This document shows positions 1 through 10,976 of a DNA stretch of 64,000 nucleotides, piece by piece. The notes under the pieces are model-generated. The model was not told where the DNA came from. It ran no database searches and saw only the letters and a program-made list of their open reading frames with translations. The translations under genes were made by a program, and so were the position numbers. Every line of letters starts with the position of its first letter. Position 1 is the first letter of the stretch. Location: IMG/VR virus record IMGVR_UViG_3300044957_000763, positions 124,001 through 188,000 of that record; one strand, 5' to 3'.

Positions 1-3000
1 CTGTCAATGCTTCTGCTCAGGTTTTGGTTAATTCTTTGACATCTGGTCGAGTAACCTATGCTGGCACAAATGGCTTGTTGCAAGACTCAGCGAATATGAC
101 ATTTGATGGTAACAGGCTGTCTCTTGCTACCACAGGAAATACAGGCGGGTTACTCATTGGAGGGGACGCTAATCTCTACAGAAATGCAGCTAACGAGCTT
201 GCCACAGATGACACTCTGAATGTCGGAGTGGCGTTGAATGTTATAAGCAATATCACAACGTCCGGTGGATATTTAATAAGCGGCGAAGGCGGTGGCGGTT
301 TAACTGGTGCTGTTCAACTGCTTGGCGACACATCTGGAGTCGTTACAATTAGACCTCAAGACACCGCTGGTACTTATAATTTCAACTTACCAACTACTGC
401 TGGTACCTCTGGACATGTTTTGACTTCTGGAGGTGGCGGCTTCACCGCCATGACCTGGACTGACCCAGCTTCGCTTGGTGTTCGATGGAACTCGATTGCT
501 AATCCAAATGGCAACCAATCCCTTACCATGTCTACTCATACGACGACCTGGAACTGGGCAACTGGTACGTCAACCAATAACTTATTTTCTTTGACAACTG
601 ACGCCTCTGCCAATGGCACAGGGGTGTTGCTTAACGTTGCAACGGGTGCATCATCAACTGTTGTTCCATTCAGAGTACGCAGAGATACCACAGATTATCT
701 GACAGTTAACGCCACTGGTGGCGTTTTGATTGGTAACTTGACTTCTGGCCGTGTTACCTATGCTGGTACCAGTGGTTTGCTTCAAGACTCCGCAAACATG
801 ACATTTGATGGCAATAGGTTGTCACTAGTAACAACAGGTAGTTCTGGTGGATTGTTAATTGGTGGTGACGCTAACCTTTATCGAAGTGCTGCTGATACAC
901 TAAGAACAGATGATTCATTAGTTGTTTCAACTAATTTGACAGTAAGCACAATGACCATTGGTAGCATACTTTTTGCTGGAACCTCGGGACTTGTAAGTCA
1001 AGATAACACAAATCTGTTCTGGGATGACACTAATAACACGTTTGGTATCGGGGCCACGCGAACTGGCGCGATTTCTAGTACCAATCCAAGTGCAAGAATT
1101 GTTGGAACAGGGGCCACCTCTGCGACATCTTCTTTTGAGGTTCAAACCAATGCGGCAGCTACCATCCTTTTTGTAAGAAATGATAGCAGAATAGGCATTG
1201 GAACAAACTCACCATCATTTGACTTGTCGCTTGGTGGAGCAGTAGCGCGGACAATTGGTGTAAACCGTCGCGGTACTGGTACTGGTCACAATCTTACAGT
1301 TCAAGCCGGGGGTGCTCAGGTGGGAGGAACTGATTTGAGTGGCGGAACACTTATATTAAGCTCCGGCATATCCACAGGGTTGGGTCCTGGTTATGTTGAT
1401 ATTTATGCCATAAACACCTACGGGCTTACAAGTGGCACCACAGACCGCAACGCTGTTTTTCACGCTCGCTTTGGTGAAGGAAAATTCGGCATAGGCACAA
1501 GCACGCTCACCTATGATATCACTCTTGCATCAATCATTAGCGAAGCCCCGTATACATATGTGATTGGCGTACAGACCGCTACTGCTAATAATGGTCACAG
1601 TTTGAATCTTCAGGCCGGTAATGTTACAACCACGGCAGATTTGAATGGTGGAAATCTTATACTAACTGCTGGAAACAGCACTGGTAGCGGTTCGTCAAGT
1701 ATCAGTTTTTACACAGCAACTGCTGGCGGTAGCGGCACAACGGTCAGAACATCAAGTCTTAAGATGACACTGACCGGAGCAGGCCAATTACAAATCTCAA
1801 CAACAGGCAGTTCCGCTGGCATTCTCATCGGTGGAGACGCTCTTCTTTACCGCTCAGCCGCAGACACTCTTCGAACACCTGATTCTCTCGTTATTGATAC
1901 AAACCTAACTGTTTCTGGCACCGCTTCTATTGGTGCCGTCGGCGGCACAACTGGAACAATCAATCTCCTTGGTTCAACGTCTGGAACAGTAAGCGTACTT
2001 GTTCAAGCTACTGCTGGTACTTACAACTTTAACCTTCCAACCACCGCTGGTACCTCTGGGCATATTTTGACATCTGGAGGTGGCGGTGGAACCGCCATGA
2101 CCTGGACTGACCCAGCAGAATTGGGTGTTCGATGGAACGCACTTATTAATCCAAATGGTAACGAGTCTCTCTCCATGTCTACATTCACTACGACATGGAA
2201 CTGGGCAACTGGAACAGGAACCAATAATCTATTATCTTTGACAACTGATGCATCGGCTAATGGTACAGGGGTGTTGCTTAACGTTGCAACGGGTACATCG
2301 TCAACTGTTGTTCCATTCCGAGTGCGCAGAGACACCACAGATTACTTGACAGTTAACGCCACTGGTGGCGTTTTGATTGGTAACTTGACTTCTGGCCGAG
2401 TAACCTATGCTGGTACATCTGGATTGCTGCAAGACTCCGCAAACATGACATTTGATGGCAATAGGTTGTCTCTTGCAACAACGGGCAGTTCTGGTGGATT
2501 GCTTATTGGCGGAGATGCTAACCTTTATCGAAGTGCTGCTGATGTACTTGCTACAGATGACCATTTTAATCTAATCACATCCAACAGAGAAATTCGACTT
2601 TCGACCAGTAGTGGTTATAATGGTGGATTGCTGTTTAACAGCAACATGCGATTGAGCGCCCACAGTGCTAGTGGTTTTGTATTCGCACCATTCACATATA
2701 CCCATACATCATCTTCTAATCAAGTAATCTTTATGGATGTTACATATTCTCCTGCGTCTGCATCAAGTGGGTCGCTTTATGGAACTAGTGTTGGGGTTAC
2801 ATATAACGATGATGATACAGTTGGTAATTTCACAGGAGAAATTATTGGTTCGTACAACCGCGCCGCATTTAATACAAACGCCGCAGGAAGTCACACGTTT
2901 AATCGCGGAATTGCTGTTAAAGGATATTTGTCTACGTATGACGACAACATTGGCTCAGGCGCAATCGTTGTTAATGCCTATGGCGGCTGGTTTGAGATTG

Positions 3001-6000
3001 AGGACACCAGTACCACCAGAATAACCAATGCATATGGATTGTATTCATTCCTTAACACCCCATATACCGATAACAACCAAACTCGCTATGGGTTATACGT
3101 TGGTGCAATGCCAAGCCCAGGTTCATATACTGGAACCACCACTGCTGCAATTCGTTTGGCTGGAACTGGAGGGTCACGCGACGGAATACTTTTTGGTTCA
3201 GATACAAATATTTATCGAAGTGCCGCTAATACTCTGAAAACAGATGATAGTTTTGAAATTGGAACAAATCTCAGTGTTCTTAATGCGGGAACTTTCTCGC
3301 TTTACGAAAGTGGAAGTGGTAATTTCTCTAGTTTTGTAGCAGGCACTCAGGCTAATGATTTAAGATACACGCTTCCAACGTCACAACCATCTACAAACCA
3401 AGTTCTTACAGCCACGGCTATTTCAGGCAGTGGGCCATATGATATTACACTTGGTTGGGCAGCGCCAGCAGCATCAATTTCTATTGGAAGTTCAGTCACG
3501 AGCGGTACTGCTGGAAGTATTTTGTTTGTTGGTTCCGGTCCTATTCTTGCACAAGATAACCCTAACCTATTCTGGGACGACGCTAACAATTATCTTGGAG
3601 TTGGTACATCTGCGACACCAGCGTCTAGGCTACATATCGCAGGAAACCAAACTGCATCTGCCTGGACTACAAATGGTATTTTACTAAGAATTGGCACTGC
3701 GACACTGACAGATTCGTCATCGTCTGGAACGGTCGCGGCAAGTGTCGCAAATTCAATTCAGACGCCAACTTTTGCCGCATCTAGCTCTACCACATACACC
3801 GACGCTGCAACACTGTATATTGCGGCAAACCCAACTGCTGGCACCAATGTAACTATCACCAATGGATACGCATTGTGGGTGGACAGCGGCGCAACTCGGC
3901 TTGATGGAAACTTGACAATAGGCACGCTTACCTCTGGTCGTGTTCCATTTGCAAGTACAGGCGGACTACTTATTGACTCTTCAAACTTTACATACACAAC
4001 AGGTTCTGGTCAGCTCGCACTTGCCACTTCGGGCTCTGGCGCAGGATTACTGATTGGTGGCGATGCGCAAATTTATCGTGACGCAGCAGATATACTTAGA
4101 ACACCTGATAGTGTCCGAATTGATACTGCTGTGGGTATTAACACCACAGCGCCCGCAACAACTGCTGGTAGATTGTCTGTTGTTGGTTCATTTACTGCAC
4201 TATCTGGCTCGAACCAAAATATTGTCAGTAACATAACACACACGGTTAACTCTCCAGATTCATCTAGTGGAAGAGTTTGGGGTCTCAATTTTAGTGTGAC
4301 TGCTACTGGCTCTGGTACTTTCAGTGATGCTACTGGTACAACTGGCGTGGAAGGCCTATCGACGTATTCTGGAAGTGGTACTGCTGGCGGGTGTGTGGGT
4401 ATCATCGCATATGCTCGAAACACCGGAAGCGGAACGCTAACTCGCGCCACTGGCATAAGTATTCTGAGTGCAACAAATACTGGTGGCGGTCATATTACTA
4501 ATCTGCGCAGTGCAGACCTTAACTGGGCACTTGATTTTAGCGCCATTAACCAATCTCGATGCGCTCTTCGAATTGGAGCCGGTCCGACTAACTCTGGCTC
4601 GTTCTCTGGAAGTATTGTTGGTGGTATTTATTTCAATAGTGACTCTGGTGGTGCCCAAGATGGAATTATTTGGGGCACTACAGGTGACACTAACCTCTAT
4701 CGAAGTGCGGCAAACACATTAAAGACAGATGACGCACTTATTGTAGTGAGCAACTTGACAGTCAACACTTTGACCTCTGGTCGTGTTCCATTTGCAAGCA
4801 CGAGTGGACTGTTTGTTGACTCTGCTAACTTTACATATACCACAGGCACAGGCCAGCTTGCACTTGCCACTTCGGGCTCTGGTGCAGGATTGTTAATTGG
4901 TGGCGATGCGCAAATTTACAGAACTAGTGCTGATGTGCTAAGGACACCAGACAGTCTTCAGGTAGACAGCTTCGTTGGTATTAACTCAACACCAGCTACC
5001 ACTAATAGATTACTGGCCGCACACACTACTTCTACTAACGTTAATGGTCGAACAATTCAATCTACAAATGACATTACAGGCAATATTACAAGTGCTTTTC
5101 CTTCGGCTGGATATTTCCAAGCAACGCCAAACGCCGGCGCAAATGGAATTAGTTATGTTGCTGGTTTAGTTGGTTCTGTTAGGGCACAATCTGGTCAATC
5201 TGGTACCGTAACAGAACAGTACGGAATTGATTTCGATAACTGGCATAGTGGTTCTGCCAACATTACCACAATGACAGGTGCCAAGTCCTTTGTTTCATTG
5301 AGAAACACAAGCAGCGGCACGGTCTCTTCTATGTCTGGGTACACCGTGACGCTAGATGCACAGTCCGGTGGCACAAACTCTGCGGTTACAGCAGCATATG
5401 GTTTTGATTTTGGAGCATCTTTGTCTGGTGCAAGCACAGTTACCGCTCTCACCGGATTAAGAATTCAAAATCCAAGCGGTTCTCAAACCATTACCACTTT
5501 CTATGGAATTAGACTAGCTGATTTAACTCGTGGCGGCACAAACTATGGCATTTACTTTGATGGCACAAGTGGATTGTCCCGTCAAGGCATTTGGTGGAAC
5601 GCTGACACTAATCTTTATCGAAGCGCTGCAGACACCTTGAGAACAGATGATGCATTTGTATCTGGAAGCACTATTACAGGCGCGTCATCACTGACACTCG
5701 GAGCGAACGGCGGCACTATTGGTACGATTCTTCTTAGGGGTAACACGTCTGGTACAGTCACCATTACCCCCGCCGCCGCCGCTGGTACTTGGTCGTTGAC
5801 GCTTCCAACAAGTGGCGGCACCGATGGTCAGGTTCTAAAGACCAATGGTTCCGGTACTACATCTTGGGTAAACCCCGGTGTGCCGTGGACAGAGGTCACA
5901 GGCACGTCTCAATCGGCGGCGGCTCATAATGGATATATCACCAATAATGCCGCTCTTGTTACAGTAACTTTGCCTACACCCGCTGTTGGCAGTGTTATTG

Positions 6001-6194
6001 AGATTGTAGGTTCTGGTGCTGGTGGTTGGCGAGCGCAGTGTGCGACTAGTCATACAATTAGAATGGGCACAACAGTTAGCGCAAGTACTGGATACGCGCA
6101 ATCCACCAATCAGTATGATTGTATTAAGATTGTTGGTATATCAACCACAGCGTGGTTGATTGTCAGCGCGGTTGGAACAATTGATATTACTTAA
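1..6194 (+). CDS. Giant tail fibre / virion fibre protein (5' truncated; frame open from nt 3)
   Basis: G/T/S-rich, >2056 aa; nine copies of a G(L/I)xxGGD(A/T)xxYRxAAxxLxTxD-like motif; long internal duplications; no stop upstream of nt 24 in this frame (VNASAQVL...). Confidence 0.8.
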   Translation, partial: VNASAQVLVNSLTSGRVTYAGTNGLLQDSANMTFDGNRLSLATTGNTGGLLIGGDANLYRNAANELATDDTLNVGVALNVISNITTSGGYLISGEGGGGLTGAVQLLGDTSGVVTIRPQDTAGTYNFNLPTTAGTSGHVLTSGGGGFTAMTWTDPASLGVRWNSIANPNGNQSLTMSTHTTTWNWATGTSTNNLFSLTTDASANGTGVLLNVATGASSTVVPFRVRRDTTDYLTVNATGGVLIGNLTSGRVTYAGTSGLLQDSANMTFDGNRLSLVTTGSSGGLLIGGDANLYRSAADTLRTDDSLVVSTNLTVSTMTIGSILFAGTSGLVSQDNTNLFWDDTNNTFGIGATRTGAISSTNPSARIVGTGATSATSSFEVQTNAAATILFVRNDSRIGIGTNSPSFDLSLGGAVARTIGVNRRGTGTGHNLTVQAGGAQVGGTDLSGGTLILSSGISTGLGPGYVDIYAINTYGLTSGTTDRNAVFHARFGEGKFGIGTSTLTYDITLASIISEAPYTYVIGVQTATANNGHSLNLQAGNVTTTADLNGGNLILTAGNSTGSGSSSISFYTATAGGSGTTVRTSSLKMTLTGAGQLQISTTGSSAGILIGGDALLYRSAADTLRTPDSLVIDTNLTVSGTASIGAVGGTTGTINLLGSTSGTVSVLVQATAGTYNFNLPTTAGTSGHILTSGGGGGTAMTWTDPAELGVRWNALINPNGNESLSMSTFTTTWNWATGTGTNNLLSLTTDASANGTGVLLNVATGTSSTVVPFRVRRDTTDYLTVNATGGVLIGNLTSGRVTYAGTSGLLQDSANMTFDGNRLSLATTGSSGGLLIGGDANLYRSAADVLATDDHFNLITSNREIRLSTSSGYNGGLLFNSNMRLSAHSASGFVFAPFTYTHTSSSNQVIFMDVTYSPASASSGSLYGTSVGVTYNDDDTVGNFTGEIIGSYNRAAFNTNAAGSHTFNRGIAVKGYLSTYDDNIGSGAIVVNAYGGWFEIEDTSTTRITNAYGLYSFLNTPYTDNNQTRYGLYVGAMPSPGSYTGTTTAAIRLAGTGGSRDGILFGSDTNIYRSAANTLKTDDSFEIGTNLSVLNAGTFSLYESGSGNFSSFVAGTQANDLRYTLPTSQPSTNQVLTATAISGSGPYDITLGWAAPAASISIGSSVTSGTAGSILFVGSGPILAQDNPNLFWDDANNYLGVGTSATPASRLHIAGNQTASAWTTNGILLRIGTATLTDSSSSGTVAASVANSIQTPTFAASSSTTYTDAATLYIAANPTAGTNVTITNGYALWVDSGATRLDGNLTIGTLTSGRVPFASTGGLLIDSSNFTYTTGSGQLALATSGSGAGLLIGGDAQIYRDAADILRTPDSVRIDTAVGINTTAPATTAGRLSVVGSFTALSGSNQNIVSNITHTVNSPDSSSGRVWGLNFSVTATGSGTFSDATGTTGVEGLSTYSGSGTAGGCVGIIAYARNTGSGTLTRATGISILSATNTGGGHITNLRSADLNWALDFSAINQSRCALRIGAGPTNSGSFSGSIVGGIYFNSDSGGAQDGIIWGTTGDTNLYRSAANTLKTDDALIVVSNLTVNTLTSGRVPFASTSGLFVDSANFTYTTGTGQLALATSGSGAGLLIGGDAQIYRTSADVLRTPDSLQVDSFVGINSTPATTNRLLAAHTTSTNVNGRTIQSTNDITGNITSAFPSAGYFQATPNAGANGISYVAGLVGSVRAQSGQSGTVTEQYGIDFDNWHSGSANITTMTGAKSFVSLRNTSSGTVSSMSGYTVTLDAQSGGTNSAVTAAYGFDFGASLSGASTVTALTGLRIQNPSGSQTITTFYGIRLADLTRGGTNYGIYFDGTSGLSRQGIWWNADTNLYRSAADTLRTDDAFVSGSTITGASSLTLGANGGTIGTILLRGNTSGTVTITPAAAAGTWSLTLPTSGGTDGQVLKTNGSGTTSWVNPGVPWTEVTGTSQSAAAHNGYITNNAALVTVTLPTPAVGSVIEIVGSGAGGWRAQCATSHTIRMGTTVSASTGYAQSTNQYDCIKIVGISTTAWLIVSAVGTIDIT
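375..2545 (+). repeat. Near-identical internal duplication in fibre gene (~375-900 vs ~2010-2545)
   Basis: YNFNLPTTAGTSGH...RRDTTDYLTVNATGG...DANLYRSAAD is repeated with high DNA identity; a second pair lies at ~3915-4075 and ~4770-4920. Confidence 0.9.
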
Positions 6195-6199
6195 GGTGA

Positions 6200-6778
6200 A
6201 TGATGCTGACTGTGGAACTTTTTCGCAACCAAAACATAGACAAAACACCTTATAGCCAGGAGCAAATGGAGTTTGTGATTGAAATTTGCAATCAAATCAA
6301 ATGGCCTTGGAGTTGTTTTGAAGACAGTGATGTGTCTGTATCAACTATTTCCAGTGTAATAGGTGAATCTTATGTTTTGAAAATAAACGATTTGTGCTAT
6401 ATGACAACCACTCCAGCAGACATATTAGACCACAGAAGCATTTATGAGACTGCAACTGGAAACATATTACTTACAGGTCTTGGATTAGGTCTTGGTTTTC
6501 TAATGGCCACACACAACACTCGAGTAGATAGCATAACCGTTGTTGAGAGCAACAGTGTTGTGTTAAAAACTATTGCTCCAATGTTACCCGTAAGTAATGT
6601 GTCAGATGTTAGGTTTATTGAGCATGACGCCGATACATGGAATCCAGATATGCATTTTGATTTTGCCTACATTGACCATGCATATTCTAGAGCGAATTCA
6701 GAAAGATATTGTGAGCACAGCGATATAGTGGTGAACTGGTATGACGAGAGAGTTAAACTGGAGGCTACATGGCGGTAA
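6200..6778 (+). CDS. SAM-dependent methyltransferase-fold (spermidine synthase-like) protein
   Basis: ILLTGLGLGLG glycine loop, acidic TVVE strand, DAD and DFAYID motifs. Confidence 0.6.
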   Translation: MMLTVELFRNQNIDKTPYSQEQMEFVIEICNQIKWPWSCFEDSDVSVSTISSVIGESYVLKINDLCYMTTTPADILDHRSIYETATGNILLTGLGLGLGFLMATHNTRVDSITVVESNSVVLKTIAPMLPVSNVSDVRFIEHDADTWNPDMHFDFAYIDHAYSRANSERYCEHSDIVVNWYDERVKLEATWR

Positions 6779-7362
6779 CGAACTATTTGTCGTGTGGCAC
6801 TTGTGCTAATGACACTGGTGTGGGCACCCTCTCATGGGCAAGTGACGATGACGCCGGCGCGCTGGTTGGTAACGAGGTCTCATCTAATAATGACGTATAT
6901 GCAGGCGTACAACTGGGCAGTATTACCACTACATACTACTTAAAATGCACCAACTTTGGTTTTACGAGTTCAGACATACCATCTGGCGCCACTATTAATG
7001 GTTTTGAAATCGAGGTAAGACAGTTTCGAGCATCTATACCAACAGTTACAAGCACAGAAGTCAAACTAGTAAAAGGCGGAACTGTTTCAGGCAACGATTT
7101 TGGTGCGTCCGTTGATTGGGACACAACTGAAACAGCAGTAGTTTATGGAAGCTCTACTCAATTAGGAGGACTGTCTTGGACACAATCGGATGTAACCAGT
7201 AGCAACTTTGGTTGTGCAATATCTGTTACTTCTAGTTCAACCAGAACTGTTTCAACCATCAGGTCTGTTTTAATTGACCAGGTTCAAATCAGGGTTTATT
7301 ATACATCCAATAGCATCACAGGAATATCATCAATCACAGGAATAGCATCAATCACTTGTTAA
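6769..7362 (+). CDS. Putative virion structural protein
   Basis: Beta-rich, S/T/G-rich, in the fibre operon with overlapping start/stop. Confidence 0.55.
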   Translation: MAVTNYLSCGTCANDTGVGTLSWASDDDAGALVGNEVSSNNDVYAGVQLGSITTTYYLKCTNFGFTSSDIPSGATINGFEIEVRQFRASIPTVTSTEVKLVKGGTVSGNDFGASVDWDTTETAVVYGSSTQLGGLSWTQSDVTSSNFGCAISVTSSSTRTVSTIRSVLIDQVQIRVYYTSNSITGISSITGIASITC

Positions 7363-7371
7363 TAAAACACT

Positions 7372-8154
7372 ATGGCTCGTAATACTAGCATTAATTTAGA
7401 CTCAAATCCACAAGCGGATGGGTTTATCATTGGCGGCGGCACTACAAAGCGCACAGCCACGTTTACTGGTGCTAACATGACATTTACTGGTAGTGGTTCA
7501 AATGTTTTTACGTTTCCTGGAGCCACTTCAACCTTGCTTGGTATTAGTGCAACTGCTACGGCAGGGTCGATTATTTTTGCAGGCACCACTCTAATGGCTG
7601 AAGACAATGCCAATCTGTTTTTTGATGACACTAACAACACGCTTGGCGTAGGTACAACTCGTTCTGGTGCTATTTCTGGAACAAACCCAAGACTGCGTGT
7701 AAGGGGTTCTGGTACTTCGTCTTCTACGTCTGGATTTGAGGTGCAAAATAGCAGCGGTTCTGCTTTGTTTTTCGTTCGTGATGATGGTCTGGTAACCACC
7801 ACGGGTATTCAAGTTGTGACAAAGGCGCACACTTCAGGGGTGGCGACACTTACAGACGGTGCGACACCGGCACTCGATGCGTCTCTTGGGAATACATTTT
7901 TACTTACGGCGGCCGGAGACCGCACTATTGCAGTTCCTTCTAATCCAACAAGCGGTCAGAAAATTACTATTGTTCACAAAGCATCTGGCGGTGCCAGAAC
8001 ACTTTCACTCAACACAGGCACTGGTGGGTTTAGATTTGGAACAGACATTACTGCATTAACCTCAACCACTAGTGGTTTAACGGATTACATTGGCGCAATT
8101 TACAACTCCGCTGACAACAAATGGGATGTTGTATCATATGTGAAAGGATTCTGA
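7372..8154 (+). CDS. Fibre-related virion protein
   Basis: Shares the AGSIIFAGT...DNANLFFDDTNNTLG module with the giant fibre (nt ~960-1140). Confidence 0.65.
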   Translation: MARNTSINLDSNPQADGFIIGGGTTKRTATFTGANMTFTGSGSNVFTFPGATSTLLGISATATAGSIIFAGTTLMAEDNANLFFDDTNNTLGVGTTRSGAISGTNPRLRVRGSGTSSSTSGFEVQNSSGSALFFVRDDGLVTTTGIQVVTKAHTSGVATLTDGATPALDASLGNTFLLTAAGDRTIAVPSNPTSGQKITIVHKASGGARTLSLNTGTGGFRFGTDITALTSTTSGLTDYIGAIYNSADNKWDVVSYVKGF

Positions 8155-8860
8155 TGGCTATTTCAAGAGTACAATTCAAATCAAACAGTGGAACAGGCAC
8201 TTCTTTGGGTATTACACCCGATTCTGCGCCTACAAACGGGAATTTAATGGTTGTAACAATCGCATATAATTCTGCAACATCAAACAGGGTTAGCAGCATT
8301 ACACAAACAAATGCCACATGGACTCGCGCTGTACAAAAGAACAATACACTTGGTGGTGCAATTTCTGTAGACATTTGGTATAGCGAAAACGCTGCTTCGG
8401 CTGGGTCTAGCTTGACAATAAATCTTGCATCTTCTGTTACTCTTGCGGCAACATATATAGAATATTCTGGTGTGGCTACATCATCATCACTAGATAAAAC
8501 AGCAACCAATGAAGACTGGGTGGATGGGTCAGGATAATGGCAGGACTTAGTACAGGAACAACGGCGACCACAGCACAAGCCAATGAAGTTTGTGTTGGAT
8601 GTATAGGTTTTGATATTTCAGATAGTTTTGGCTCGCCAACAAACTCATTCACAGAAATCACCGAAGCAAGTGGAGCGCCTGACTTGGTTGTTTTAGAAAG
8701 AATAGTGTCTGCTACTGGAACCTATGGAACAACTGTATCGTTTACAGGCTCCTTGCCGCTTTCATATTCTCTATGTGGCGCAATTGCAACGTTCAAAGAA
8801 GCCGGCGGCGGTGGTGCGTTTGATAGGAAAAAATCATCAACGTTCCTGGTGTTTAGTTAA
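8154..8860 (+). CDS. Virion protein split into two ORFs (8154-8537, 8537-8860) at a TAATG overlap
   Basis: The halves read like one continuous S/T-rich domain (...SSSLDKTATN / STGTTATTAQANEV...). Confidence 0.5.
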
Positions 8861-9635
8861 ACTTGTGTTTGTATCTCGATGCCATTTTAACAACCCAAGA
8901 AGTGTTATCAATGTTTTCAGATGCATAGACTGCCATTTTGCCTCTAAATGATGGGTCGTTATTGTCATCATCTGCTGCTGCAATGTACTCCATGGCTTGC
9001 TCAACATCCCATACTGCTTTAGAAAGTGATTCGTCTGCGTGTCTGTGTGCTTGTAGTTCAATAAGTATATTGCTCATGCTTCTGGCACAGTTTCTCACTG
9101 TTTCACTACCACTTTTCAGCAAATTGTCGTAATACGATTGTGGTGCTTTTGGTGCCGGTTCCATGTTTTTGGCCGCTTCAACATATGCTCCCCAACCGGT
9201 TACAGCAATGCGATTACTTCGCATTAGCTCATCAGACGCTTTGGCAAGCAATTTGGATATTGATTCAAGTTCAGATGAAATTCTAATGGCGTCACTTGGC
9301 TTCATAGTACTTTTGCCAGCCGGCGCGCCTTGCACTAAATCCCACCAACTTGGATGTGATTCAACAACTTCTGCATCATTTGAACCATTGAGTACGCAGC
9401 GTTCACTGAATGCCGATGCCCCGCTATTGGCATCCATTCCAAAATCACCAACAATTCGCGTGTATTCGACATGATTGCCACTCACACGAACTTCAACAAT
9501 TGGTTCTTGTGGGTATCGTTGTCTTGCGGCCTCAAGGTGCGTGAACGCAGTTACATTTTCACTATTGGTCCGCCGTTGAATATCAAATTCAGATTTTGGT
9601 AAGTATAGTGATTTTTGTGCATCTCGATACCACAT
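8853..9635 (-). CDS. Hypothetical protein with MWYR..AQ N-terminus
   Basis: 260-aa ORF; N-terminus shared with ORFs at 21227 and 38578. Confidence 0.6.
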   Translation of the reverse strand: MWYRDAQKSLYLPKSEFDIQRRTNSENVTAFTHLEAARQRYPQEPIVEVRVSGNHVEYTRIVGDFGMDANSGASAFSERCVLNGSNDAEVVESHPSWWDLVQGAPAGKSTMKPSDAIRISSELESISKLLAKASDELMRSNRIAVTGWGAYVEAAKNMEPAPKAPQSYYDNLLKSGSETVRNCARSMSNILIELQAHRHADESLSKAVWDVEQAMEYIAAADDDNNDPSFRGKMAVYASENIDNTSWVVKMASRYKHKFN

Positions 9636-9638
9636 GGT

Positions 9639-9842
9639 TTACGACCTGTTTTGTTGATGCAAGTGAACGTCACCTGGCTTGTCAGTATCCACTCTTTGCG
9701 TTTCAACAATTGACAATCCTGGGATTGTTTTGATAAACTCCATTAAGTCGACACATTCCTCACCCTGTGTTCCATCTGGCTTGACATGTAATCTTCCTTT
9801 GGTATCTATTCGTACATTTAAGCTGATTTCTTTCGACATCAA
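9639..9842 (-). CDS. DUF2997-like small protein
   Basis: IDTKGRLHVKPDGTQGEECVDL pattern; adjacent to a DUF1257-like gene, its usual partner. Confidence 0.55.
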   Translation of the reverse strand: MMSKEISLNVRIDTKGRLHVKPDGTQGEECVDLMEFIKTIPGLSIVETQRVDTDKPGDVHLHQQNRS

Positions 9843-10258
9843 ATCACCTTTTTTCCTACTGTAACCACGTCGCCAAAATTGCGCTGACCGCAGAATTCAT
9901 TTTCAATTTTGAATCCTCGTCGTTTCATTTCTTTTTCAAGCGCAGTCGCCGCATACGCTTGTTTAATTCGCTCATCCATTTTCATATTGCGGTCATAGTC
10001 GCTGCACACGATGTCATATCGTTGATTAGTTTTGTCCCACTTGAACCCAATGTCATTGGACAACTTGGTGTACTTTTTGTTGATTTCATTTTTTCTGACA
10101 ACAATTTCTGCGGTTTGTTCTCGAAGGTCATTCCCCCAACCCATTAAAGCTGTTGCCTTTTCGTGTTCTTCGTATTGAAGACCCAATTTGGTCAGTGCTT
10201 GACAAAGAATTTCCTTGTCGACCACAAACTCACATGTTAAAATTACATACGCTGACAT
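9839..10258 (-). CDS. DUF1257 (Ycf35-like) protein
   Basis: LCQALTKLG...LMGWGND...AEIVVRK...NDIGFKW pattern. Confidence 0.65.
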   Translation of the reverse strand: MSAYVILTCEFVVDKEILCQALTKLGLQYEEHEKATALMGWGNDLREQTAEIVVRKNEINKKYTKLSNDIGFKWDKTNQRYDIVCSDYDRNMKMDERIKQAYAATALEKEMKRRGFKIENEFCGQRNFGDVVTVGKKVI

Positions 10259-10305
10259 GATTATTACTCCTGATTACATATTAGGATGCGGTGGTTAAAT
10301 AACCT

Positions 10306-10668
10306 TTATTCGAACTTTGGTATTGATTTCATTACTGGTACTCGGCACTGTGGGCAAAACCAAAGATTTAGCATGGCCTCCCTTGGTAAATCTTTGTCTT
10401 TAATTCCGTTTTCCCAAGCATCAATACAGGTGTGTGTTCCAAATGCGGGAATACCTTCTTGATTTTGACCAACCTCGACACCCATGCAAATATTACATCC
10501 ATGTGGTGTATAGTTGTTGTTTTTGTCCTTCTCAAGTACTAGATTGGTACTGGTGATATACAGTTCATTATTACCAGCATTAGGCAGGACTGTGTTTCTG
10601 ACTCTTTCGCCAAAATTTCCACCCACACTGTCTACGCGTTCGAGAAATTCACGAAGATTGTATTTCAT
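10306..10668 (-). CDS. Hypothetical protein
   Basis: 120-aa ORF in a co-oriented, overlapping run. Confidence 0.55.
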   Translation of the reverse strand: MKYNLREFLERVDSVGGNFGERVRNTVLPNAGNNELYITSTNLVLEKDKNNNYTPHGCNICMGVEVGQNQEGIPAFGTHTCIDAWENGIKDKDLPREAMLNLWFCPQCRVPVMKSIPKFE

Positions 10669-10976
10669 AATTCATCGTTGTTTGATATATTAGACCCTGA
10701 CTTCTTTCCGTTTGTGCCGCCATTGTTTTTGACCCACTCTTGTACTCCGACCAGCGTGATGCGCAGTTTATCAATAACGATACTGGTTTGTATTTCGTTG
10801 ACACATGGGTCCTCAATAGATTGCAATGCGATGCTCAATGAACTGCTGAATAATAGTGCCTCTTCAATAAGTCCGTGTAGTTCTTCGGCATTGTATTTGC
10901 CAACATCGGCAATGAATTCTTCAGCCGTTTGTTGATTTTGGTTTTCGTTCGCTTCTTGATTCAAGTTTGATGCCAT
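10665..10976 (-). CDS. Hypothetical protein
   Basis: ORF in a co-oriented run (likely start MASNLNQE). Confidence 0.5.
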   Translation of the reverse strand: MASNLNQEANENQNQQTAEEFIADVGKYNAEELHGLIEEALLFSSSLSIALQSIEDPCVNEIQTSIVIDKLRITLVGVQEWVKNNGGTNGKKSGSNISNNDEL

